DNA of 64,000 nucleotides from Microbotryum violaceum (Eukaryota): NCBI GenBank assembly GCA_001244265.2, contig CDLV01000016.1, positions 1 to 64,000 of the forward strand, read 5' to 3'. Shown piece by piece: positions 11,263 to 23,739 of this stretch (position 1 is its first letter; each line of letters starts with the position of its first letter). The notes under the pieces were generated by a model. It saw only the letters and a program-made list of their open reading frames with translations, ran no database searches and was not told where the DNA came from. The position numbers and the translations under genes were made by a program.

Positions 11263-13871
11263 TGTATGCAACGTGCTCTTTGATATGTGTGGGGCGCGGT
11301 GTGCTGTGCCAGGAGGAAAGCGGGGAAGACGGCGACGGAGTAAGCACGAGAACGAGGAGACGCCCGCGCTTCGCACCCGGTAACTCGGCGGGAGCTCCGC
11401 ACTTGAGAGCACTCTTGAGCACTTGGGCATCGCGAAACCGCCCGCCGTCATCTCCAGAGCGAAACTGGCAAGGAGCACGTGACTCGATATTTCTGTAGAC
11501 AAGACTTGAAAGCTCTCGAAGTAAAACCGGTGCTTGGTATGGAAACAATTGCATTACTTCACTGCTAGAAATCACCGATCTGAGTATCAGAGCCCCGTCT
11601 TTAGCCCGACCCAGCACGCCTCGTCGGTCCGAGTCAGCTCCATGTGGGGCCCAGACTCAATATTCCAAGTCGAGGCGAGCAGAAGGACACAAGTATCAAT
11701 ATGCTCATACGATGTTCTGAACAAAATACACCGTCATCTTCAACTCGACTTCACCGACTTTCGTGAGGATTCATCCTTTTTTCGCCTATAGACGCTGAGT
11801 CACCCTCGCCATGTTTCCTGGAAATGACCGGCGGAAATAACGCGACGCGCGTGCTCACGCGCACGCGCAGAGTTGCTCGATTTCTCACCGAGACAAGAAC
11901 CCGAGTGGTTTCGCTCGCACGAGTCGACTCGGATCGTTAACGAGTACCGAACGGCAGATGGGGGGTCGAATTCAGAGAATTCGTTCGTACCATACGTTAT
12001 ATGAAGACGGAGACTGTGTGGATGAAGACGGAGACTGTGTGGTTTCCGAAATGAAACCGAGGTTCATGCGGTGCACCATCCGACAAAACTCGGTCTGAAC
12101 GCGGCGGCGCTGTTCCAAAAAGCCGAGCACTGCAAGCGGCCCCTGCAGAAGTTGGACCGCTGATGCGTTGAGACACTTTGCCGTGCTCGATAGTGTCTCA
12201 TACTTTAGCTATCAGTCGCACCAAAACATCACGCCTTTAGATCGTCAGTGTCCTCGTGTCGTGCACTACGAGACTCTGATCGCGTGCCACAACTTGCGCG
12301 TCGCGTTGCTGAAACGTACGAACGAAGACGTCAGTAGTACTCGTCTCAGACTCTCAGTCGCCTGAGGCGAACCCAGAGAGACGATGAGTGGCCGCAATGC
12401 TCACGACGAACAATAAAGGTCCATCCGAAAACGAAATAGCTGGCCCTTTTCCCCTTCTTTCCCCTTCCTCCCCATTCCTCCCCACCAGCCCCACCACCTA
12501 CCGCCGCGCCACTACTCCTCAAGAAGCTCATCATCTCTTTCAGAATGCCATCATGATCTTTCAGACTTTAGAACGAAGCCTTAAGCTCCAAGAGATACAG
12601 GAATTTCATAGCCCCTTCGCCTCTAGTTGTTGAATTTGCGCAACGCCGAACATTTGACGCAGCGGTCGAAGCGCTCCTATGTGTCCCTCCATCTCGTGTC
12701 TTTCGGTATCGCCGAGTTTCCGACTGATCAGGGAGATGTTGAATATCGCGGAGGTAGTCAACCAGCAAGTTGGGCCAACATCATGATTAGTCCACCGCTG
12801 GCTCTTCATACCTACATCACCTCAGATCTTCGCCTGCGGCGACCCAAGGCCGGCGGCGACGCCGGACCTCCTTTCGTTAGTTCACTGTCTCGACTCTCGG
12901 GGCGCATCGCGAAGGTAGAAATGTGTAATAGGGTCTAAGAGGAGTCAGTTCACCCACGTTGCACCAAGGGCTAGCAAAATTGCTAGCCCCTTAATCGACC
13001 CCGGTCGGACACACCGCCGCTCGAGCGACTCGGAGAAGTTGCAGGCAGGCACTGCATCGCTTCGCCGGCCGGCAGCCGTCTCGGGCAGTTGCAGGACAAC
13101 TCGGCCACTTCCCGCGCTCGCTTGTGAAGCTAGTGGTACGATCAACTGGCGAATTAAAGCGCCCCGGAAGGGGGGTCTTACAACCTTCAGCGCTGTCTTC
13201 CGGAGCTTGACAACTTAGGAGGAAGGGTAACTTGAGTATACGATATCCATGGCGTAGCTCGTTGCATTCTCAAAACAGTATCGAAGCATCATCGAAGGGG
13301 GAGCGCCCTGTTTACATATTACATGCTATCACCCCAATGTCAGCCCCTTTTGTAGCCGGCAGGTCACTAACACCACCAATAGCTCTTGCTGAGCGTGGGG
13401 TGAAACCCCGATGCTGGGCCGATCCGACATCTAAGCCAGGCTCTCCTATGCGGCTGCAAAAACAACGAGGCCAGGACCCCGAATTGGTCGAAACAAAAAT
13501 GATTTTTGACCGTTCTTGAATATGTCAGCACTTTACGCCTTGGTGGGAGCGGATGACTACTCGGAGTTGTAACTCGAACGGAATAAAGAAAGTCCGTCAG
13601 GGGTAAGCTCCATCGCCACTAGCCTTGGGACGGCGGTGCCTTCAGCGTGGTCTTCAAGACCAATCGAGGCTAGCAACGGAAAGCGGGCTGAAGTGGTCAT
13701 TTGACCAGGCGGGTCCTCTTAAATGAATTGTTCAACACCCGATGTTTCAGACCTGAGCAAATCTGAGAAAGCCGAAAGGGACGAAACTGGCACCAGGGCC
13801 TTCACCCTCTTCCACTATCAATTCTCACTCCCTCGAAACGCGTCCTGAACACATCTGTCTCGAAGCCCATC

Positions 13872-14490
13872 ATGCACATCTCCTTCTTCAAACTCGGTCT
13901 CATCTTTTTCTTCGTGAACGTCGTAGCCGCTTCCAGCCCCGAGGACGGCGAAGCGACGCAGTTAGTCTTGGCAAAACTCGCCCCCGAGCCCGCCGGTCGT
14001 TCCGTTACTGACCCCTGAATTCCCATTTATCAGCGACTCCAAGGGAGACCCAAGCCCCACCCCACGCTGCACTGCTTTGAAGAATTTGTACAGGTAAGGC
14101 CGTCGCTTATATCCGTAATTGCAGCTCGTACTCACCGCCTCGCACCGCCGTCTCCTGCACGCACGTTATCACGCCGACCACTTCCTCTTTCAGGCATTGC
14201 ACCTCGTACGTCCCAACTGGGTAGAGCGGTGCTCCAACTCGTTGTCATGTGTTTCGCTAACCACCAAGCGCGATAAATTCATATTTTTTGATGTCACCCA
14301 GCTACAAAAAAAACCCCTGCAAGAACTACAAAGCCCAAATTGACGGGCTCGCCGCGTGCGCCTTCAACCATCCTTACAGGTATAGTCACTCCTTTCTACG
14401 CCATGCGTCGTAAAACGTCCGAGTGGACGAGCTAACATACGAAATGTGTTTACCGCTCTCAGCGTCGAGAAGGACTGCTGCAAACCATAG
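13872..14490 (+). CDS. Small secreted cysteine-rich protein (88 aa, 6 Cys, 5 exons), function unknown
   Basis: Exons 13872-13960, 14034-14093, 14194-14205, 14302-14379 and 14463-14490 splice at GT-AG sites into one 267-nt ORF: MHISFFKLGLIFFFVNVVAASSPEDGEATHDSKGDPSPTPRCTALKNLYRHCTSYKKNPCKNYKAQIDGLAACAFNHPYSVEKDCCKP*. The N-terminus looks like a signal peptide. Confidence 0.8.
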
Positions 14491-14771
14491 AACAAACAGT
14501 TTCTCGGCACTCGCCGTTTACGACATTCTCTCCGCCTGGTTCTCAACCAATCGCCTCGACCAGTCGGTCGTTCTTCTTGGTGACGCCTTCCCTTCCTCGT
14601 GCTCTGCTTCCAATTTTTATATATGATCCGTGGCTCCCTCTTCATCGCCCAATTGCGATCTCTTGAAATCCCCATCTCTTTACTTTCACCAATTCCACTT
14701 AAAAGTTACCTCGCTCGCAAACCTCTTCAATTTCATACGACCCTAAACCTCCTAACCCCAATCAACTCTTT

Positions 14772-17562
14772 TCAAATCCGCCTCTCCACAAAACTCCTGA
14801 TAACCCCTTCCAAACTAACCTCGTACTCCCTCAACTCGACCTCCCCACTCTCCACGACGACCGTATTGGGCTGCACGAAAATCTTCCTCGGCAACTTGCT
14901 GCTCAACACCAACGGCCTAAGTTCGTCGATCCATTCCTTTGAAGGGGTGGTAAGTTTCTTAAAGAAGGCGGTCGCACCGGGTCCATCGCCTGTTGATTTA
15001 AGGATCTGAAGGTGAAGTAACAAATCTAAGGAGGGATCCCGAACCGGTTCAGTTTCATCAAACGATCGCGTCTTGAGAAGCTGAGGACTCGTGGAACCCA
15101 CCCCCCATGACCTTCTTGCCCTTCTCGAGACACGCCTGACGATTAACCCTGGCGTACGCATCGACGAGTTTGCCCTGTGCGTCGAGTTTCGTCTCGAGGG
15201 AGACGATGCCATGCTCGATCAACCAATTGGTGATCCCATGACGAGCCCTGCACAAGAACAAGAACAACAAGAACAACAACAACAACGATCAGTCTCCTGC
15301 TCAATCCAACATCCCGCACCGCCAACCCAACTCACTCCATATGCGCCTGCCCATGTCTAGCCGTCAGTGGATCGTACCACTCGAGCGCCTTAACGCCTGC
15401 CCTAGCCATACTCAAGAACGTATAATAAACCAAATTTTCCCTATCCACTTGTTGCGTAATCTCAAAGATCTCTTGAATCTCACGATGACTCGCAAGGTAA
15501 AGAGCTACGGCTTCGGCGCGACATTCTTCCATTGCGCTCGAGACGGGCCCAATGCGTGATCCGTACGTCTCACCGGGTTGGTACCATGATTCGATGGGTT
15601 GGTTCGTCAGTGGGTTGAGGAGGGTATCGCGATCAAAGTTGAGCGAACCGTCGGGACGAGCTTGGAAGAGTTTACCGGTACCGTGACCGAGGAGCTAGTT
15701 TCGTCAAGACGATAAAGCAGATCCGTCAGCTTTCCGCTAAAGCTAACTCCCTTTGACCAAACACTCCGTGCACTCACCTCGTGATTGCAAACTTGCACTT
15801 CAAAGCAACGATCGACCCACTTTTCATACCCCTCCCTCTCCTCGGGCGCAATAAACGTCAACACCTCGCCCGCGGCTTTGGCCGCCAAGATATTGACCAA
15901 CGACACGTTCTTGAAGCCATCCTGTTCCCTCACATCATGATAATTCGGAATATTGATACCGGCGGGGATACCACCGGTCGCGAAGGAGAGGATCTCGAGG
16001 GCGGTAAAGTCGGGCCTTTGGAAGGTATCGACTTCGAACGACTTGCCCCAAGGGAGGTCTTGAATCAAATGAGGCGCCTTGTCGACGAGAATGGCGAACT
16101 TTTTGCTTTGCTGTGGGAAAATGAGGCGCAAGTATAAAAAAGGATTTCATCAGCTTTGGGAGGCATTTTGACGTTCTTTCTAGTGTTCGGCGACGACCCA
16201 CCTCCTTGTTGACGACGGCGACAAAGCCCTCAAACTCTGCCCTCGCGCCAAAAGGATCAACGTAGCTCTCAATGAACCCTATATAACTCTCGACGACCGG
16301 TCCCTGATCCTTGACCCACTTCCTCGAGCCATCCTTGTGCGTTTCCAAATCTCCGGTCCTGAAACTGTTTTCGTAGTCGTGCAACATCTTGCTCCTGTTG
16401 TCGTCGCCGGCATACTTGGCGGCGTCAAGAAGACCTTGGTTGACCTTGGCGAGGGAGCTAGCGTAGTCGCCGCCTTGGATGCGAACCTTGAAGCCAAACT
16501 TTGAGCTCTCCAATTCGGCAGGGTACGAACTCGGTACGTCCTTGGTCGTCGAAGCAAGTTTCAAGACCAGTTCCTGGTCCGAGATCTTGATCAACCTCGT
16601 GTTGAGGGTCGAGATTCCGTTTTGGTCGCACAGGTTTTGCACCTCGTCGACGTGTTCGTCCGAAGGGGCCGGGTCGGAAGGGTAGTAGTTGGACAAGTGG
16701 CCCGCACTGGGTTTACCGATGACGAGTTGTGAGACGGGCGAGAGGGCATAGATCTCTTGCTTGGTCTGTAAAGTTCAAAAGGCAAAAGATTTCTCAACGG
16801 TCGCACCTTTTTTGGGAAGCCGTTGCGTTGCTGCTTACCTTTTCCCACAGAGCTTGAACGTCTTCCTTCCTCTCGGCGGCAGCGACGACCTTTTCGAACG
16901 CTCGGACGTCGACGCGAGGGACAAACTTGGTACCACCAAAGCTCTTAAAGTGGGCCAAGTTGCTGAAAACCTGCTCTCGAGCCTCGAGAGGGTCAGCTCT
17001 TTTCGAAGGGCACTCTCCGCTGCTCACCATCTAAAACTAACCTGCGCCGAATAAGCCAACACGTCCTCCCATTCCTGTTGCCCGACTTGACTCTTGTCCT
17101 TCATCGCGTTCAAATCTGCCAACTTGGCATGATCCTCGCGACTGGAGAAGATCGCGATGAGCAGATCAAAGATGGGTTCGGCATGAGGGGAGGTTTGGGC
17201 CATGATGACCCTTGCACCTGCCCACGAGGCGAGAGAGAGGTGGTGCGAGTAGAGTTCTGTAAGAGTTGAGAGTGTAATGGTTCAGTCTCGGCTTTTTTTC
17301 TTTGACTTGCTCGCCTGTCCGAGAGCTGACTGCTGAGGTGGTTACCCCCACATGGTTTGTACTCTCGCCTCTGCGTCAGTTCACCTCCTACGGCGCCACC
17401 GCCCTTCTCGTCGCACGATCACACCCCAAAAGCGGTAGAACGGATTCACTCACTCTCTTGTTTGGTCAAAGCCTCAAAAGCCTTCCCGATGCCCAACGAA
17501 CACACCGGTGGTTTCTGGTCTGCAAGAAAGCGCGCATCGCCGTGAGCTGAGGTGGAAGCCAT
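14772..17562 (-). CDS. DPP3: Dipeptidyl peptidase III (peptidase M49), spliced
   Basis: ASWAGAR, NLAHFKSFGGTKFVPR, YIGFIESYVDPFGARAEFEGFVAVV, GGIPAGINIPNY..GFKNVSL, the zinc motif HE|LLGH, EECRAE, GQAHM and LPRKIFVQPNT. Confidence 0.96.
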
Positions 17563-18079
17563 TCTGTTCCGAGTCAAGAAGTGGGGCGGGACGATTGGGC
17601 AAGTGGAGATGGGGCTGGGGCGTAAAGAGGTGAAGCGACGCCACATGCACGGCTTGCTTGTGGGATGTGTGGGGGGAAGGCGGGAGAAAGAGGGAGCGAG
17701 CACGCGCGCGCGTTGAGGCTCGGCCCCCAAAACTAATACGGAATCGAGTTAATCGCGCGAATAGCAGGGCACAAACTACTACCTCGTGGTCTCCAAATCA
17801 GGGTTTTAGTGAGACCGGACGCGTGGCCGAATGATGCAATCGAGAACCGTATCTTTTGATTCTAGTTTATTTTTCTTGTCAGAAAGCGCTCACATGAGAA
17901 GAAGGGAATTGGTCGAGTTCAGTTGCATGCGCTCGGACCTCGTCAACCAACCGGCTCGGTCCTGGCTGTCAGCTTGGGCGCGTCGTCAACTGGCGCTGGC
18001 ACCTCAACGGCCTCAACCCGAGCGACTCCTTCTCATCCCGACTAGCACCGGCTGAGCCTCGCCTGCCCAACCTGTCCCG

Positions 18080-19360
18080 ATGGACGATCCGTACGATGAA
18101 GTCACGTCGTAAGTACAAGGCCGTGGGCCTGCTCTGTTATGTTTCACCTGTCCGACTGCGCCGCCTGCTCCTCACCTTTGCCGTGACTGACCCCCACTCT
18201 CCCCTTCTGATCAACAGCGAAGTCGAATACTCGCTGCAGCAACTCTCGAACCTACTATCGTCCTACGCCCGCCTGCTGCGCACCCCGTCCCCGACACCGG
18301 AAGACCTCTCGTACGCGCACTCGGAACTGCTAGCGCTCCTCTCCGCGCTCGACAACGACGTCGAAGAGTTGCAAGAGGCGCTCGATCTGGTCGAGCGTGA
18401 TCCGGTGATGAGTAGTCGATTAGGGTTGAGCACAGCAGTGTTGGCTCAGAGGAGGAGGTTCGTAGAGAGGGTCAAGGCGGAGATGAAGGTTAGTTCTGCT
18501 GATACGATACGCTGTCGATACAGCGATCATTTACAGAACTGAGTTTGGGTATAAAATTTCCGATTCAGACCGCAAGAAAACAACTCGCCACATCGAACGG
18601 AGCATCCCCCAACGTGCGTCCTACTCTCTCTCTCTCCGAGTTCTCGACCACACGAGTCCCTAACGTTCTCCTCACCCACAGCAATCCTCCCGATCCCGAT
18701 CCCAAAAGCCTCAAACCACATTACCCAATCCCTTATCGTCCTCCGCAAGACCGTACACGAGCACACCTTACCGCGATACGCCATACGACGCAGCTCCAAA
18801 TGAGGAAGATTCGGACCCGAACGCCGATTTCGAGATGCAGCATCAATCCGTGAGTGGAATCCATAATGGTCAGGTAGGGGGGTTCACTTCTATCGCCGTG
18901 CTGATCGAAGTTGCGTTCCAGCTTCTCATCGAACAACAAGACCAAACCCTCACCTCGATCTCGGGCACCGTCGAACAATTGCGCTCCCAAGCCTGGACGA
19001 TGGGTCAAGAAGTCTATGACCAGAACGCGTAAGCAAACCCGGTACCTCCTACCTAGCTCACAAGCTCTGAAGCTGATAAACGTCCGCTCGGGGTTCTTAC
19101 ATAGCATGTTGGACGAATTGGATCGACAGGTCGACGCGACGGGGACGAGGCTTGAAAAGGCGCAGAGGAAGATGGATCGGTTCGTCAAGGCGAATAAGAG
19201 TAGGTCCAAGAACGAATGCCGTGATGAAAGCCCAGTGGAGGGGAGTAGACTAATCGCCTTCTTTCTGAACCCCGCACGTTCAGGTTCCCCCTCCTCCTGG
19301 GCCGTCTTTGGCCTCATCATCATCCTTTCGATACTGCTCTTCATCATAATCTTCCTCTGA
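18080..19360 (+). CDS. TLG1: Syntaxin-6/Tlg1 Qc-SNARE, spliced
   Basis: MDDPYDEV start, Habc-like region ending RRRFVERVK, SNARE motif EQQDQTLTSISGTVEQLRSQA..MGQEV.DQ..MLDELD and a C-terminal TM segment (VFGLIIILSILLFIIIFL*). Confidence 0.9.
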
Positions 19361-20251
19361 GCCCCCAGCCCTCCGATCGAGCCTTCAGCAGACTTTCGTT
19401 ATCGGTTTTGGCGAAAAGGGTTTCCAGTCGCTGCTGCTCGATCGCGCCCCTCGTCACCTCCACGCATTTTTGTAACTCTGCTCTTCGTTCACTTTCCTCG
19501 CATATTGTTGTAATCTACGCAACTTGGAACCCGATCAATAAGATGGCTTAATTACATGCCTGTGTCATCGCTCTTGGGAGCACGCTGGAGTGAATCGAAG
19601 GGAAGCATCGAGCGTCGGAGAGCGGATCGGTGCTCGGAGCGTCGGGGTTAGGTTAACAAAGGGGTCCCGTAGAGCGCGATGAGGAGACGACGAGCATTCG
19701 GAGACAAAAGTCACCAGTTTTTATCTCGTCACATCAGAAAACAATGTAACTGCGGATACTCCCGCGACGCGTTCCTAACATCCCCGGTCGATGTACTCGA
19801 CTCGGCTACCTCTCTGTCAACACCGTCAATCCTGCGCGCGCTCAAGCCCCCATTTCCCCTTGTTTCATCGTCCAACACTTACACTTGCGCGACTCCGTGA
19901 ACATGCACGGTCCACTCGAGGGGGTAGAAGTGACGTCTCGCCTTAATCTGGGCTTGACCTCCAGGGAAGAAGAAAGGGACCGCTCAAGGGTGATTGACGT
20001 GATCCTCGCCCGTCGCTCCGAGTCCGAGCGCGGCGGCCTAGCGCAACGCGGCGCGTGCACGAAGATGAAACGTCCTCCTTCCCCTTGAAAGGGGGTTCGA
20101 CGGTGGTCTTTACTCGTTTTCCCTTCACTGACCTGATCTTTCTCCAGCTTTTCTATCCTGCTCTCCCAATCGCTGGTCGATATACCTCACTTCAACAACG
20201 ACGTTCACATCACTTCTCATTAAATCAACACCACCCCCCAAGCAAATTATC

Positions 20252-21695
20252 ATGTCGCTCCCCCTCCTGCGTACCTTTCTCCGCGCTCTCGTCCCTACCA
20301 CCCCAGAGATTCAATCAAACCCCTTCAAGCTGCCCCTCCCATCCGTTCTCGTGTCTCGCAGCACCTATTTTACACCCAACCGCAATACCCCTCTCAAGTC
20401 CTTCCCCTTCTTCACCCCCCTAACCCGTCCACTCCACCCTGGTAGAAAATTCCACACCTCCTCCTCTCCCCTCTACGCACGCCCACCCATGCACCCCCGA
20501 TCTTCCATCCTGGAGTCTCAACAGCAAAAAACCATCGAGGAAATGATTGATGGCGATGCAAGGATGGTATGGGCGAATGGGAGGTGGGTGTTCAAAAAGC
20601 AGCGAGTGAGTGAAATTATTTTCGCCTCGATGTCTGGAATTCGGGGAAGCGGAACCTGACTTTGTCTCTTCAATGGTTTCTTCGCAGGTGTTCGAACGCA
20701 TCGCAACGCTCGCTCCGAAAGCCACTTCATTAAAATCAACTTTCAACACGTCGAGACTTTCTCCACCTAGCCCTCGGGCACCAGCACCTCAAACCGAACA
20801 TGTTCACTCTGACCCGCGTGCCATCACCGCCGCGAGACGCCTTCGTCGCGCGAGATCTCGTTCTCGACGCAAGTTTACCCCTTCCACAACAGCTCAATCG
20901 TCTACTCGAAATGTGTCTACACCCCCAAAAAAAGGGGCGATTAGGACCTCAACGCACATGATCGAAGCCGTTCCAAAAGGTCCCGATCCATTGCGGCCCG
21001 CTTTGACGAAATCTCTTTCCGCTGACGGGCAGAAATCGACCGCCTACCAAGCGCCGACGAAACGAGCCGCAACGGCGACCATCACGGCGAAGCAATCCTA
21101 CCGAGCAACTACCCTAACCCGTGTGCTCTCTAAAGCCGCTCTTCCACCTGTTACCCCCACCTCCTACGTCTCCTCGTTCTTCGACTCGAACCGTTCCCAC
21201 CTCGCGCGCGCCGAACTAGCGCCGACAAGGGCCCCTATTTCCTTCCGCTCTTTTGCGCCCAAGCTCTTCTCCAACCCCGTCCCCCAACTCGAAACCGCTC
21301 AAATCCAACCTCGTCCAAGCGCATTATGGACAACTCACATCCTTCATTCCCAACTCGCTCATCTACGCACAACCTGGGCCCACCAACGTCGTCTCCAACT
21401 ACTCCATCATCTCCTCCACCCTAACCACTCCCACTACCCCCTTTCCAATCCCAATCCCAACTCTAACCGCGCCGGACGCCTACTCCAACCTTCATCCTCT
21501 CCACCGACACTCTCTTCCTTAGCCTGCCTTTCACCTCAAACCCAAGTCCAACTCCCTTCAAGCTCCACAAGTTTCTACAATCTCTCCTGGTCCGCTTATC
21601 AAAAGTTATACAATACCGGTGTATCAGGCAAGACGTTAAGTAAGGCCAAGAAATTATTCAAAGCGTGTGGAAGGGAGATGTTTTGCAAGGAATGA
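20252..21695 (+). CDS. Hypothetical basic, S/T/P-rich protein (~453 aa, 2 exons) with a mitochondrial presequence-like N-terminus
   Basis: Exons 20252-20605 and 20688-21695 join in frame via GTGAGT...CTGAC...CAG. The N-terminus is R-rich (MSLPLLRTFLRAL...RKFHTSS). No domain recognised. Confidence 0.6.
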
Positions 21696-21979
21696 GGAAA
21701 GGGACGAATCGGAACTGTTTTATGTGGTGGTGTGAGGTCTCTCTCTCTGCCTTTTTTGATTCTTGCTCAATTTAGTATACCCCCCTTTTCCCCCCTGCCC
21801 GGGGGGGTTTTGGAAATAAACCTGCGTTTTTTGTTTTCGAGATCCGACCGTGGGCTAGCCGATGGTTACCTTTTGTACCCTTTGAGAAAATTGCGTCTGG
21901 CCTCTCTCAAAAGAATCCCGTTTAACCGTGCATACAGTAACTAAAATTACACCAGACCACACAACCCTAAAAACGAACC

Positions 21980-22739
21980 TTACTTCGTTCCCTTCCCCTT
22001 CGCATCCTCCCCCACCTCCCTAACACTAACCCCATGAACACCTCCAACATCAACCAAATCATCCGAGCTCCAACCAACCGCCAATTTTCGTCCATCTCTA
22101 CTAAACTCGCACCCTATGACCCCAGCTCTAAACTTAGGCCATTGTCTCAACCTCTTCTTCGCAACGGGGTCCCAAATCGAAACGGTTCCGTCTCCTCCAC
22201 CAGTGACGAAAGTTCCATGAACCGAATTGAACGCTAGACCTTGCACGGGATAAACGGTATCTACGCCGTCTATAACTTGACGATGACATTTGAACGCGTA
22301 TTTCTTAGCTTGAACGTTAGGTGAAGGGTCGAAAAATTCAACTGCTACTCGACCTTCGATCGAAGTAGTAACGTAACCTGCAAAAAGTTTCCCCCATCAG
22401 TTGTGGTAGGCCATACTAAAGATTCAGGGGAGTTTAGGAGAGATCATCGGACTAACCTTCATCATTAGGCATACATTTCAAAGCCCTCGTCATGAACTTT
22501 AAACTGCTCTCCCTCTTTTGCCAAACTTCCAGTTGTTCCCCATTGGTCCCCTTTAGCAATGCCTCTTTCAAAGTGTTCAATTCGTAAATCCATACGCGCC
22601 TTCCCGCCATGGCAATGACGAGTTTGGTAGGGGAAAGTGCCAAACAATAGGCTTTATCGGCGATGGGGAGAACGATGGAAGCAGTCGGGGAAGTGATGCG
22701 AAGTGTCTTGTCCCACGAAGCTGAGATGACGGCGTCTGA

Positions 22740-22783
<44 letters not shown>

Positions 22784-23417
22784 CAAGTTTGATTAATTTC
22801 CCCATTCAATTCCGAAAAACGATTCCCTAACCCTAACCCTCCGCCCAATTCCAACTGACTCAATTGATCCGAATACTCTACGCATTTAACCGGTTGTTGA
22901 TGAGTGCAAACCAATTGATCCAAGCCCGTCTCAAAATCGACTCTATCCAAATCGTACCCATCGATCAGCCTAAGCCTACTCTCCCCTCTCCGACTCGCTC
23001 ACAAGAGACTCACGATCTAACTTGACCTGCGAGTCCAGCATAATAAATCTTGGTATTTGAATCGGGTGACCAGGTTACGTCGAGGATCGCTCCTTGGGTA
23101 GGGAGCGATTTAGGTACGGTAGGGTTGGTGAGGTCGTGTAAGTGTACTCTCTGGACCGGACACGGGAGGGAAGGGGGGGAGTCAGTCAGGATATATAAAG
23201 GCTTGTCAAAGTCGGTCAAGATGGGAACGTACAGCATCCCAGGAACCGGCGATGAGCAAGTTCGAGTCGGTCGGGTGGAACGCGAGTGAGGATACAGAGT
23301 CCGCGTAAGGCGGCAGTACGATTTCTGTGAGCGTAGAGAGAGAGAGAGAGAGAGAGTAGAAAAGGTCAGCGCTGGAGAGATGTGAGAGGGTGAGGTGGTT
23401 GGCGTGCCTTGGGACAT
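21980..23417 (-). CDS. BUB3: Spindle checkpoint WD40 protein Bub3, spliced
   Basis: SASWDKT, RESSLKFMTR, SIEGRVAVEFFDPS..QAKKYAFKCHR, VYPV..LAF...GTFVTGGGDGTVSIWD..KKRLRQ. The KKYAFKCHR and KKRLRQ motifs favour Bub3 over Rae1. Confidence 0.93.
22746..22778. repeat. (GA)n microsatellite in a BUB3 intron
   Basis: Uninterrupted GA dinucleotide run; a shorter run lies at about 23335-23355. Confidence 0.9.
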
Positions 23418-23464
23418 GGTGTGCGGGGTGGCTGAGTGGGGGAGGAAGAGACCAACGCGCAAAG

Positions 23465-23550
23465 TGGAGCGCAGTGGAGCGCAGTTGGAGCGCAGTTGGA
23501 GCGCAGTTGGAGCGCAGTTGGAGCGCAGTTGGAGCGGCTGTGGAGCGCGA
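23465..23550. repeat. 11-bp tandem repeat (TGGAGCGCAGT) in the BUB3/PTH4 divergent promoter
   Basis: One 10-bp unit, five perfect 11-bp units and two degenerate units, read directly from the sequence. Confidence 0.95.
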
Positions 23551-23739
23551 CTCGCTGCTCGTTGTCGCCGCCGGCTGCCTGCGCTGCTCTGCCAGCTGAC
23601 GCGGTCGCCGGCTGTCGGTCGCAGCCCGTCGCAGGTCAGGCGGTCAGGCCGGTCAGGTCTTTCTTGGCCCCTTACGTCGGCGTCGGGTCCAGCTCCAGCT
23701 CCAGGGGCTGCTCCTCGTTCCCTCGTCCCTCCGCCAGCA

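Noticed and set aside
22825..22840. Telomere-like CCCTAACCCTAACCCT
   Set aside because: Fewer than three units, inside an intron of a C-rich region; CTAAC also matches ordinary branch-point sequence.
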